Positions 38,466 through 46,785 of a stretch of 64,000 nt of DNA are shown in pieces. The position numbers and the translations under genes were made by a program. The notes under the pieces are model-generated. The model was not told where the DNA came from. It ran no database searches and worked only from the letters and a program-made list of their open reading frames with translations. Within the stretch, counting starts at the first letter, position 1, and every line of letters starts with the position of its first letter. Origin of the DNA: Brevundimonas sp. (GTDB lineage: Bacteria; Pseudomonadota; Alphaproteobacteria; Caulobacterales; Caulobacteraceae); assembly GCF_013912065.1 (NCBI RefSeq), contig NZ_JACESA010000017.1:835-64834 (forward strand). The letters are read 5' to 3'.

Positions 38466-39146
38466 ATGTTGAAGCTAGGCAAGAAGAAGGGCGATCCGAA
38501 CGCCGAAGCCGCCGCGCCGGAAGGGGACGCCGCCGAAGGCGAGGAGGGCGCGCCGAAGAAAAAGAAGCTGCCGATCCTGTTCATCATCGCTCCGGTCGCC
38601 CTACTGGTGCTGGGCGGGGGCGGCGCCGCGGCCTTCTTCATGATGAAGCCCAAGCCCGCCGAGGCGCACGGTGAAGCCGCTGCGGACGGTCACGGCGAAG
38701 ACGCCGAGGCCGGTCATGGCGAGGAGAAGGCCGAGGGCGGAGGTCACGGCAAGGAAGAGAAGGGAGGCGGCGGTCACGGCGCTCCCGCCGAAGGCGGCGA
38801 GCCCGATCCGTCGCTGGGCAAGATTTCGGAAGGCCCCGACGGCGTGACCTTCTACACCCTGCCGGACATGGTCATGAATATTCAGTCCACGAGCGGGCGG
38901 GCGACCTTCCTGAAACTGAAGCTGACGCTGGAAATGCATGACGCCAAAGTGGCGACGCAGCTCCAGTCCGAGATGCCGCGCCTGCAGGACATGTTCACCG
39001 GCTTCGTGCGCGAGCTGCGGCCCGAGGATCTGAGCGGCTCGGCCGGCACCTATCAGCTGCGCGCCGAGATTCTGCGCCGCGTCAATCTGATCGCCGCGCC
39101 CGGCAAGGTCGACGCGGTTCTGATCGAAGAAATGCTGGTGCAGTAG
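38466..39146 (+). CDS. fliL: Flagellar basal-body-associated protein FliL
   Basis: N-terminal TM; LPDMVMN, FLKLKL.LE, MPRLQD, VDAVLIEEMLVQ. Confidence 0.93.
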   Translation: MLKLGKKKGDPNAEAAAPEGDAAEGEEGAPKKKKLPILFIIAPVALLVLGGGGAAAFFMMKPKPAEAHGEAAADGHGEDAEAGHGEEKAEGGGHGKEEKGGGGHGAPAEGGEPDPSLGKISEGPDGVTFYTLPDMVMNIQSTSGRATFLKLKLTLEMHDAKVATQLQSEMPRLQDMFTGFVRELRPEDLSGSAGTYQLRAEILRRVNLIAAPGKVDAVLIEEMLVQ

Positions 39147-39148
39147 GT

Positions 39149-40189
39149 ATGACCGACGCTCCGCTCGATGCTTTCGGAGGCCTGGGCGATTCTGCGGACC
39201 CCATGTCCGAACGCGTCCTCAATCAGGATGAGATCGACAGCCTGCTGGGCTTTGATCTGGGCGACGACGACGGTTCCGAAAGATCCGGCATTCGCGCCAT
39301 CATCAACTCGGCGCTCGTCTCGTACGAACGTCTGCCGATGCTGGAGATCGTGTTCGACCGCCTGGTGCGGTTGATGACGACCAGCCTGCGCAACTTCACC
39401 TCCGACAACGTCGAGGTGTCGCTGGACAATATCTCCTCGATCCGGTTCGGCGACTATCTGAACTCGATCCCCCTGCCGGCGATCCTGGCGGTGTTCAGGG
39501 CCGAGGAACTGGACAACTACGGCCTGCTGACGGTCGATTCCAATCTGATCTATTCGATCGTCGACGTCCTGCTGGGCGGGCGTCGCGGCACGGCGGCGCT
39601 GCGGATCGAGGGTCGTCCCTACACCACCATCGAGCGGGTGCTGGTCCAGCGGATGGTCGAGGTGGTGCTGAACGACGCCCGTCAGGCCTTCGAACCTCTG
39701 ACGCCGGTGACCTTCAACCTGGACCGGCTGGAGACCAATCCCCGTTTCGCCGCCATCGCGCGTCCTGCCAACGCCGCCATCCTGATCAAGCTGCGGATCG
39801 ACATGGAAGACCGCGGCGGTCGGATCGAACTGCTGCTGCCCTATGCGACGCTGGAACCGATCCGCAAGATGCTGCTGCAGCAGTTCATGGGCGAGAAGTT
39901 CGGTCGCGACAACATCTGGGAAGGCCACTTGGCCACCGAGATCTGGACCACCGAGACCGAGGTGCGCGCGGTGCTGGACGAACAGACCATGCCGCTTTCC
40001 AGCGTGTTGAATCTGAAGGTCGGCGATACGATGATGCTGAACGCCACGCCAGATTCGGAAGTTTCGATTCGGGCCGGCTCCATTCCGCTGACCACCGGCC
40101 GGATGGGCCGCAAGGGGCAGCACATCGCCGTGCGGGTCGAGGGGCCGATCAATCCCGAGGTCGCCGCCCGTATCAAAGGACCTCGCTGA
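39149..40189 (+). CDS. fliM: Flagellar motor switch protein
   Basis: VLNQDEIDSLL, YERLPMLEIVFDR, ETNPRFA, C-terminal SpoA domain. Confidence 0.96.
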   Translation: MTDAPLDAFGGLGDSADPMSERVLNQDEIDSLLGFDLGDDDGSERSGIRAIINSALVSYERLPMLEIVFDRLVRLMTTSLRNFTSDNVEVSLDNISSIRFGDYLNSIPLPAILAVFRAEELDNYGLLTVDSNLIYSIVDVLLGGRRGTAALRIEGRPYTTIERVLVQRMVEVVLNDARQAFEPLTPVTFNLDRLETNPRFAAIARPANAAILIKLRIDMEDRGGRIELLLPYATLEPIRKMLLQQFMGEKFGRDNIWEGHLATEIWTTETEVRAVLDEQTMPLSSVLNLKVGDTMMLNATPDSEVSIRAGSIPLTTGRMGRKGQHIAVRVEGPINPEVAARIKGPR

Positions 40190-40779
40190 TGGCCGGCATG
40201 ATCATGGACGGGGTGCTGATGGCGCTGCTGATCGCGGCGATCGGTTATGGGATCAAGCTGGAACGCAAGCTGGCGGCCCTGCGCGCCGGACAGATGGCCT
40301 TCGCCCAGGCGGTGACCGAGCTGAACGCCGCCGCCGGCCGCGCCGAGGCCGCGCTGGCGACGCTGCGCGCCTCCGGCCAGGAAACCGATCTTCTTCACGA
40401 TCGCATCATCAAGGCCCGCGAGGTCAAGCAACAGCTGGAAGTCCTGATCGCACGCGGGCCGGTCGCCGCGCCCGTTCACGTCCAACAGGAGGCGCCCGCC
40501 CGCGCCGAGGTCGTTCGCCCGCCCGTCGCCGTAGCGGCTTCGCCCGCCGCAGTGGTCAATGACGATGACGAACGCGCCCGCCGCATGGCCACCCTGGCCC
40601 AGCGTATCCAGGGCATGTCGGCGCCCGCCGCCGCCCCGCGCGCGGGCATCCCCGCAGGTCGCGACAACGTCGCCGCCATCGTCCAGGCCCTGACGGCGGC
40701 CGGATCCGCTAACCAAATCGCCAAACAAAACCTCAACGCCGCGCGTCGTAATCTCGACGACGACCTGTTCGCCGCCTGA
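40189..40779 (+). CDS. DUF6468-like flagellar-cluster membrane protein
   Basis: N-terminal TM, Y..KLERKL..LR, coiled coil; coupled to fliM. Confidence 0.65.
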   Translation: MAGMIMDGVLMALLIAAIGYGIKLERKLAALRAGQMAFAQAVTELNAAAGRAEAALATLRASGQETDLLHDRIIKAREVKQQLEVLIARGPVAAPVHVQQEAPARAEVVRPPVAVAASPAAVVNDDDERARRMATLAQRIQGMSAPAAAPRAGIPAGRDNVAAIVQALTAAGSANQIAKQNLNAARRNLDDDLFAA

Positions 40780-40796
40780 GTTCGGAACCCCAGTCC

Positions 40797-41687
40797 ATGG
40801 CCCGCATCCCCCGTATCCTGCCCTTGATCGCCGTCGCCATCGGCGGCGTCGTCGCGGTGCGCGCCATCGGCGTCGCGCCGGGCCTGTTCGAGGGCGCCAA
40901 AGCCTGGGCTGAGGAGGCCCCCGCCGCCGCTGCGGGGGCTCCACCCAAGCCGGCCCTGCCGGGCACCTGCGCCCTGTCGCCGGAACAATTGGCGCAACAG
41001 GCCGGAATCTCGCCGGCCGAGCTGAAGATCATTCAGTCGCTGTCGCAGCGTCGCACCGAGCTGGACGCCCGCGATCAGGACTTCGCCACCACCCTGCCGC
41101 TGATGGTCGCCGCCGAACAGAAGCTGGACGCCAAGGTCAAGGCGCTGGAGGCGTTGAAGGCCGAGATGAAACAGATGCTGGGTCAGGTGGACGAGCGCGA
41201 GAAGGCCGAGATCGATCGCCTGGTCCAGGTCTATTCGGCCATGCGGCCCAAGGAGGCCGCGCCGGTCATGGCTTCGCTGGAGGACCGGGTTCGTCTGCCC
41301 GTCGCCGCCGCCATGCGTCCGCGCACCCTGGCCGCCATCATGGCCCAGATGACGCCGCCCCAGGCCAAGGAGCTGACCGAAAAGCTTGCGGCGCGGTTCC
41401 AGGCCCAGCAGATGGCCGCCCGCGCCGCCGCCGCCGAGGCTACGCCGCCGCCCGCCGCTCCCGTGGCCGCCGCTCCCGCCCCGGCCGCTGAACAGGCCGC
41501 CGCCCCGGCGCCCCAGCCGACTCCGGCGGTCGCAACACCGGCCCCCGCGCGTCAGACGCCGCGTCCCGCCGCCCGGCGTCCCGCGCGACGCCCGACGACC
41601 CCTGCGGCGGTTCCGGCCGCCGCCGGCCCCACGCCCTATCAGCCCTCCGGCGCCGCCAACGCCCAGCCGCGCCAGACCGTGCAGTAA
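40797..41687 (+). CDS. MotE-family flagellar protein with Pro/Ala-rich tail
   Basis: L.QSL..RR.ELD.R, LVQVYSAMRPKEAA, LAAIMAQM.P..A..LT. Confidence 0.75.
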   Translation: MARIPRILPLIAVAIGGVVAVRAIGVAPGLFEGAKAWAEEAPAAAAGAPPKPALPGTCALSPEQLAQQAGISPAELKIIQSLSQRRTELDARDQDFATTLPLMVAAEQKLDAKVKALEALKAEMKQMLGQVDEREKAEIDRLVQVYSAMRPKEAAPVMASLEDRVRLPVAAAMRPRTLAAIMAQMTPPQAKELTEKLAARFQAQQMAARAAAAEATPPPAAPVAAAPAPAAEQAAAPAPQPTPAVATPAPARQTPRPAARRPARRPTTPAAVPAAAGPTPYQPSGAANAQPRQTVQ

Positions 41688-41792
41688 CCGCATCCGGATT
41701 CATCCGTAGCGGGACCAGGCTGATATAATAACTATTCCAGCCGATCATTCCCCTGCGCTCGATCGACGGGCGAAGGCACAGGATGATCCGCC

Positions 41793-41909
41793 GTGGTCGG
41801 CGAACTTCTTTACATCGCGCACCGTCTTAGGCGCGTTTTGATCCTCGGCGCGGCCGCGACGACGCTCGGGCTCGCCGCCCTGATCGTCCAGCGCAGCCTG
41901 ACCTTCTGA
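41793..41909 (+). CDS. Candidate 38-aa single-pass membrane small protein (not in ORF track)
   Basis: GTG 41793 with AGGA 9 nt upstream; MVGELLYIAHRLRRVLILGAAATTLGLAALIVQRSLTF. Confidence 0.4.
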   Translation: MVGELLYIAHRLRRVLILGAAATTLGLAALIVQRSLTF

Positions 41910-41985
41910 TCGGCGGTTTCGGTTGGCATTGGGGCCGGGCGCGGCTATCACCGCGCCTTTCCGATAGTCGAGCCGCCGAACGATC

Positions 41986-42225
41986 ATGTCCGACACGCCC
42001 CCCGACCGCCTCTCCGTCGATCCGTCCAGCCCGCATCATGATGCGGAGGTTCTGCAACGCGGCGTCGGCATTCGCTTCAAGGGCGAGGAAAAGACCAATG
42101 TCGAGGAATACTGCGTTTCCGAGGGTTGGGTGCGTCTGGCCCTGGGCAATCGCGTCGATCGCAAGGGCAAGGCCCTGACCGTCAAGCTGCAGGGCCTGGT
42201 CGAACCCTATTTCCAGAACGGCTGA
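41986..42225 (+). CDS. DUF3297 family protein
   Basis: PDRLSVDPSSP, GIRFKG.EKTNVEEYCVSEGWVR. Confidence 0.85.
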   Translation: MSDTPPDRLSVDPSSPHHDAEVLQRGVGIRFKGEEKTNVEEYCVSEGWVRLALGNRVDRKGKALTVKLQGLVEPYFQNG

Positions 42226-42266
42226 CTCTTTCTAGGGTCCGGGCTTTCCGAGTCTGGAGCCTGCCG

Positions 42267-43712
42267 ATGTCCCTTCGTCTGCTGACCGCGAGCGCGATCG
42301 CGCTTGGTCTCGCCGCCTTCGCTCCCGTAGCGACGGCTCAGGATGCGGCGACGGTGCTGCAGGCGATCGTCATCCGCGATGCGGCGATGCGGTCGAATAT
42401 CGCCCTCGACTATGTCACCCAACTGACGACGCGGTTCGGCGCCCGCCCGGCGGGCTCGCGGTCCGAGCAGGACGCCGCCGCCTGGGCCGCCGACTATCTG
42501 CGCGCTCACGGTTTCCAGAACGTCCGTATCGAACAATTCCCTCTGATCGGTTGGGAGCGGGGCGAAAGCTCCGCCGCCATCGTCGGCGATCACGCCCAGG
42601 CTTTGGTCGCCGCCGCCCTGGGCCATTCGCCGGCCACGCCGCGTGGCGGGGTCGAGGCCGAGGTGGTGCGTTTCGCCTCGATGGAGGACCTGCAGGCCGC
42701 GCCTGACGCCGCCGTGCGCGGCAAGGTCGTCTATGTCGACCTGGGCCAGATGCAGCCGATGCAGGACGGCTCAGGCTATGGCCCCCAGACCCGCGTACGC
42801 GGCGCTGGGCCGGGCGTGGCGGCGGCCAAGGGCGCGGCGGCCTTCGTCATGCGTTCAGTCGGCTCGGACGAGGATCGGATGCCCCATACCGGAACGACCC
42901 GTTACGTCGATGGTAAGCCGACGGTTCCGTCCTTCGCCCTGGCGGCGCCCGACGCCGATCAGGTCAGCCGTCTGGTGGCGATGGGCCAGCCGGTGCGGAT
43001 GCGCCTGACCTCGACGGCCCATACCTATGAGACCCACAGCCAGAACGTCATCGGCGACCTGCCGGGCGCGACCCGACCGGACGAGATCATCGTTCTGGGC
43101 TCGCACATGGACAGCTGGGATCTGGGCACCGGCGCCATCGACGATGGAGCCGGCGGCGCCATCACCGTCGCGGCGGCCAAGGCCATCGCCGACAGCGGCC
43201 GGCGCCCCGCCCGCACCATCCGGGTCATCTTCTACGGCTCAGAGGAGGTGGCCCAGCCGACGTCCCAGACCGGCAACGGCGGCGGCGTCTACGCCCGCAA
43301 CCAGGGCGCCGCCCTGGACAAGCACATCATCGCCGGCGAGAGCGACTTCGGCGCCGACCGGGTCTATGCGCTGCGTCTGCCGGCCGGCGCCCAGGGCTCG
43401 GACTTCCAGAAGGCGGCAACGCGCGTCCTCTATCCGATCGGCGTCCTGGCGTCGGATCGGATCGAGACCGAGGGCGGGGTCGATGTCGGCCCGATGGGAC
43501 CGCACGGCGTGCCCTTCTTCGGCCTGGCGCAGGATGGAACCCGCTATTTCGACCTGCACCACACCGCCAACGACACCCTGGACAAGATCGATCCGGCCCA
43601 ACTGAGCCAGAATGTCGCCGCCTGGGCCGGCCTTGTCTGGCTGATCGCCGATTCCGACGTCGACTTCCGCGCCATGCGTCCCGCGACCGCCACGGCGGCT
43701 CCCGCTCACTGA
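42267..43712 (+). CDS. Exported M28-family Zn peptidase (carboxypeptidase Q-like) with PA domain
   Basis: Signal peptide; GSHMDSWD, GAIDDGAG, SEEV, ESD, HHTANDT. Confidence 0.88.
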   Translation: MSLRLLTASAIALGLAAFAPVATAQDAATVLQAIVIRDAAMRSNIALDYVTQLTTRFGARPAGSRSEQDAAAWAADYLRAHGFQNVRIEQFPLIGWERGESSAAIVGDHAQALVAAALGHSPATPRGGVEAEVVRFASMEDLQAAPDAAVRGKVVYVDLGQMQPMQDGSGYGPQTRVRGAGPGVAAAKGAAAFVMRSVGSDEDRMPHTGTTRYVDGKPTVPSFALAAPDADQVSRLVAMGQPVRMRLTSTAHTYETHSQNVIGDLPGATRPDEIIVLGSHMDSWDLGTGAIDDGAGGAITVAAAKAIADSGRRPARTIRVIFYGSEEVAQPTSQTGNGGGVYARNQGAALDKHIIAGESDFGADRVYALRLPAGAQGSDFQKAATRVLYPIGVLASDRIETEGGVDVGPMGPHGVPFFGLAQDGTRYFDLHHTANDTLDKIDPAQLSQNVAAWAGLVWLIADSDVDFRAMRPATATAAPAH

Positions 43713-43760
43713 GCGGCTTGGCCCCGCGCGCCGGTTCTGGCTATAGAGCCGGACCGGCTC

Positions 43761-43847
43761 GCGGGCGTGGCGAAACTGGTAGACGCAGCAGACTTAAAAT
43801 CTGCCGGGCGCAAGCCCTTGCCGGTTCGACCCCGGCCGCCCGCACCA
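43761..43847 (+). tRNA. tRNA-Leu(TAA), CCA encoded
   Basis: Acceptor GCGGGCG/CGCCCGC, D-loop CTGGTA, anticodon stem GCAGA/TCTGC with loop CTTAAAA, long variable arm, GGTTCGA T-loop, discriminator A plus CCA; GCTATAGA -10 at 43740-43747. Confidence 0.97.
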
Positions 43848-43883
43848 ACAGTCGCATGAGGCCCAAGATTTGGACGCGGTCTC

Positions 43884-45293
43884 TCAGAACGGGAAGAAGA
43901 CCGGGATCGCCACCATGGCGGCGAGCCAGGTGATCAGGTTCAGCGGCAGGCCGACGCGAACGAAGTCCATGTAGCTGTAGCCCGCCATGTTGAAGACCAG
44001 CACATTGGTCTGATAGCCGAATGGCGTGGCGAAGGCGGCGGAGGCGGCCATCATGACGCAGACCAGGAAGGGACGCGGATCGACGCCCAGGCTCTCGGCC
44101 AGGGCCACGGCGATGGGGGTGATCAAAACCGCCACCGTGGCGTTCGACAGCAGTTCGGTCGCGAACAGGGTCACGCCGTAGAGCACGATCAGGGCGCCCA
44201 GCGGCCCCATGGGCCGGATGACGTCGATCAGCCGCTCGGCGCCGGCCGAGGCCAGGCCAGTCACCTCGATCGCCGTGCCCACCACCACCATCCCGGCGAT
44301 CAGCAGCAGGATTTCGGGCCTCAGCCCGGCATAGGCCTCTTCCGGGGTGATGACCCGCAGCAGGATCAAGGCGACCGCCCCGGCGAAGGCCGAGGCCGCG
44401 ATCGGCGCCCAGCCCAGGCCGGCGGAGGCGATCACCAGGACGAAGACGAGGAGGGAAATCGTCGCAGGTCTCAGGCGGAAGGGTCGGTCCGCCGCTCCAT
44501 ACAGTTCGACGTCCCCCAGATGGGCGTCCCCCGATCCGTCCGACTGGTTGCGGGATTCGCCGAGGCGAGGCAGGCCGAAGGGAATCAGCCGCAGTCGCCG
44601 TTTCGCCGCCTCCGCCGCAGGCCGCCGCTGCGCCGCTTCCATCTCGGCTAGACGCGCCGCTTCCGCCTCGTCCTTGGCCACCGACTTGCCCAGCTGCCGG
44701 GCCCCGACGAAATACAGCCACAGGCCGCCGACCACGGCGATGAACAGGCCTACAGGCGTGATCTCGAACAGGCCGAACACCGGCTGGCCCGCGTTGCGCG
44801 CCATGTCGTTGACCAGCAGATTGGTCGAGGTGCCGATCAGGGTCAGCAGGCCGCCCAACACCGTCACATGGCTGAGCGGCATCAGAAAACGTTTCGGCGA
44901 CAGACGCAGCGACTGCGCCACGTCCCGGATCACCGGCGCCGCCAGCACCACCACCGGCGTATTGTTCAGAAAGCCGCCGACCGCGCCGCACAGGCCGATG
45001 ACGATCCACAGTCCCGTCGCCCCGACCCGCGCCGCAAGCCGGGTGGCCTGGCGGATCAACAGGCCCAGCAGGCCCGACAGCTCGATGGCGTAGGCGATGA
45101 CGAACAGGCCGGCCAGGGCGATGACGGCGGGACTGGCGAAGGCGCCCTGAACCTCGACAGGCCGCACGACGCCCAGCAACAGCAGGACGGCGGCGCCGGT
45201 CAGGGCGACGACATCGGCGCGGATCTTGCCGTGGATCAGCACGCCGACCACGCCGATGAGCACCGCCAGAGCGGCGATCTGATCGAAGGTCAT
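43884..45293 (-). CDS. SLC13-family (DASS) anion permease lacking TrkA-C domains
   Basis: GFLNNTPVV, LTLIGTSTNLL, TELLSNAT, ATPFGYQTN; start reset to MTFDQ. Confidence 0.88.
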   Translation of the reverse strand: MTFDQIAALAVLIGVVGVLIHGKIRADVVALTGAAVLLLLGVVRPVEVQGAFASPAVIALAGLFVIAYAIELSGLLGLLIRQATRLAARVGATGLWIVIGLCGAVGGFLNNTPVVVLAAPVIRDVAQSLRLSPKRFLMPLSHVTVLGGLLTLIGTSTNLLVNDMARNAGQPVFGLFEITPVGLFIAVVGGLWLYFVGARQLGKSVAKDEAEAARLAEMEAAQRRPAAEAAKRRLRLIPFGLPRLGESRNQSDGSGDAHLGDVELYGAADRPFRLRPATISLLVFVLVIASAGLGWAPIAASAFAGAVALILLRVITPEEAYAGLRPEILLLIAGMVVVGTAIEVTGLASAGAERLIDVIRPMGPLGALIVLYGVTLFATELLSNATVAVLITPIAVALAESLGVDPRPFLVCVMMAASAAFATPFGYQTNVLVFNMAGYSYMDFVRVGLPLNLITWLAAMVAIPVFFPF

Positions 45294-45381
45294 GGGGCTT
45301 GCAGACCGCTCCTCGGCGCTCGCGTCAACCTTTTTCCGAGGTCGGTCCCCCAAACCGCCAACCCCATGCTAGGGTGTTTTC

Positions 45382-46215
45382 ATGTTGGAACCGACCGTGT
45401 CGCCTCGCCCGTCGGTCGTCGCGCTGGCGGCGTCCATTCTTCTCCTCGCCGGATGTGAGCGCGAGGCGGCTCAGACGCCTCCGCCCCCCGCTCCCGCCCC
45501 TGACGAAACCCCGGTCGTCGTCGTCGGGCCCACGCCCGTGCTGGATCGCGCGGGTCTGCTTCAGGCCATGGATGTCGCGGCCTCGGCCTATGCGGCAGGC
45601 AAGGATCCGGGCGGCGCTGGTCTGGCGGGGCGTCGGTTCGTCATCCGCCAGGCCTTCGGCTGCAGCGGCCCGACGCCGCCGCCCGCCGAGACGACGCCGG
45701 GCGACGGCTTGGCTGCTTGGTCCTGGGGCGAACGTCGCCAGGGCCTGAACCTCACCCTGGCGCCGGGAGACTGGACGGAGTCCTCTCTTCTGGCGGGCGG
45801 CGCCGAAAGCTGGGAGGCGGCCGAGGGCTTCTGGCTGCCCCGACCCTGGCTGCGAGCCGACGGCTGCCCCGGCGTTTCCGGCGATCCCCTGGCCAGCGGA
45901 CCGGTCGCGCCGTCGCCCCAGACCGTCGGCCTGGCCGCCGTATTCGAGGAAGACGGGTCGCGGCTCGGCCGCCGCAACGGCCGGGCCTATACATTCACCG
46001 TGCGCGGCGAAGGCGACCAGCCCCCTGTCGCGCCGGCCGACGGCTATCGTCTGGTTCTGGAGGGGCGGATGACCGCCTTCGCCAACGGTCGTGCGATCCG
46101 TTGCCGCGCCGCCAGTCCCGATCAGAGGCCGGTCTGTATCGGCGCCGTCCAACTGGACCGCGTCGCCTTCGAAGACTCAGGCGGCCGCGCCCTGAGCGAA
46201 TGGCGTCTCGGGTAG
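45382..46215 (+). CDS. Hypothetical lipoprotein
   Basis: Lipobox LAGC, Pro-rich tether, globular domain with four Cys. Confidence 0.75.
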   Translation: MLEPTVSPRPSVVALAASILLLAGCEREAAQTPPPPAPAPDETPVVVVGPTPVLDRAGLLQAMDVAASAYAAGKDPGGAGLAGRRFVIRQAFGCSGPTPPPAETTPGDGLAAWSWGERRQGLNLTLAPGDWTESSLLAGGAESWEAAEGFWLPRPWLRADGCPGVSGDPLASGPVAPSPQTVGLAAVFEEDGSRLGRRNGRAYTFTVRGEGDQPPVAPADGYRLVLEGRMTAFANGRAIRCRAASPDQRPVCIGAVQLDRVAFEDSGGRALSEWRLG

Positions 46216-46256
46216 TCGCCACTCGGGACAGAGCGGTCGGCGACCGGCTCGCGGGT

Positions 46257-46721
46257 TCAGGACGTCTCGCCGTGCGGCGGCGTCCGCACCGACATCATCG
46301 TCGCCAGACGGTCGGCCGCCGCCGCCATGATCTCGCGATCCGCCTGCGTCAAATCGTTGAACTGGGACGTGAAGTCCTCGCCCAGCAGACCCGGCGAGGC
46401 CGCCAGGGCGCCGCGCCCCTCGTCGGTCAGACGGGCGTGCACCACGCGTCGGTCCACGGTGGAGCGATAGCGAACGACCATCCCCTTGGCCTCCAGCTTG
46501 TCCAGCACGGCCACCACGGTCGGGGCCGACATGGAAGCGTCGCGAGAGATGGCGCTGGTGCTGACCTCGCCCAAGGCTCGGATGGATTGCAGCACCAGCA
46601 GCTGCGGCAGGGTCAGGCCCGTCAGTCGCGCGATCTCGCGCGATCGCACATCGATCGCCTGGGCGATCCGCCGCACCGACCGGAGCAGGGATGGGGACAG
46701 GTCGGGAGAAATCTCGCTCAT
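46257..46721 (-). CDS. MarR-family regulator, EctR/CosR-like
   Basis: RRI..AID..SR......GLT.PQLLVL, TV..VLDKLE..G.V.R.RS..DRR.V. Confidence 0.88.
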   Translation of the reverse strand: MSEISPDLSPSLLRSVRRIAQAIDVRSREIARLTGLTLPQLLVLQSIRALGEVSTSAISRDASMSAPTVVAVLDKLEAKGMVVRYRSTVDRRVVHARLTDEGRGALAASPGLLGEDFTSQFNDLTQADREIMAAAADRLATMMSVRTPPHGETS

Positions 46722-46734
46722 CGGGTTGAACTCT

Positions 46735-46746
46735 TTCGTGCACGAA
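46735..46746. promoter_or_regulatory. Perfect 12-bp palindrome TTCGTGCACGAA, candidate MarR operator
   Basis: Centred in the 64-bp gap between the MarR gene and the NAGGN operon. Confidence 0.6.
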
Positions 46747-46785
46747 CCATTTGTAAGCGCTGCTTCAACAATTCAAGGAGGACCC

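Noticed and set aside
41745-41996. 83-aa minus-strand ORF
   Set aside because: Start overlaps the DUF3297 start head-to-head; the + strand microprotein explains the region better
43761-43883. tRNA-Leu as integration site of a prophage or ICE
   Set aside because: No integrase, no duplicated tRNA 3' end seen, and no compositional shift next to it
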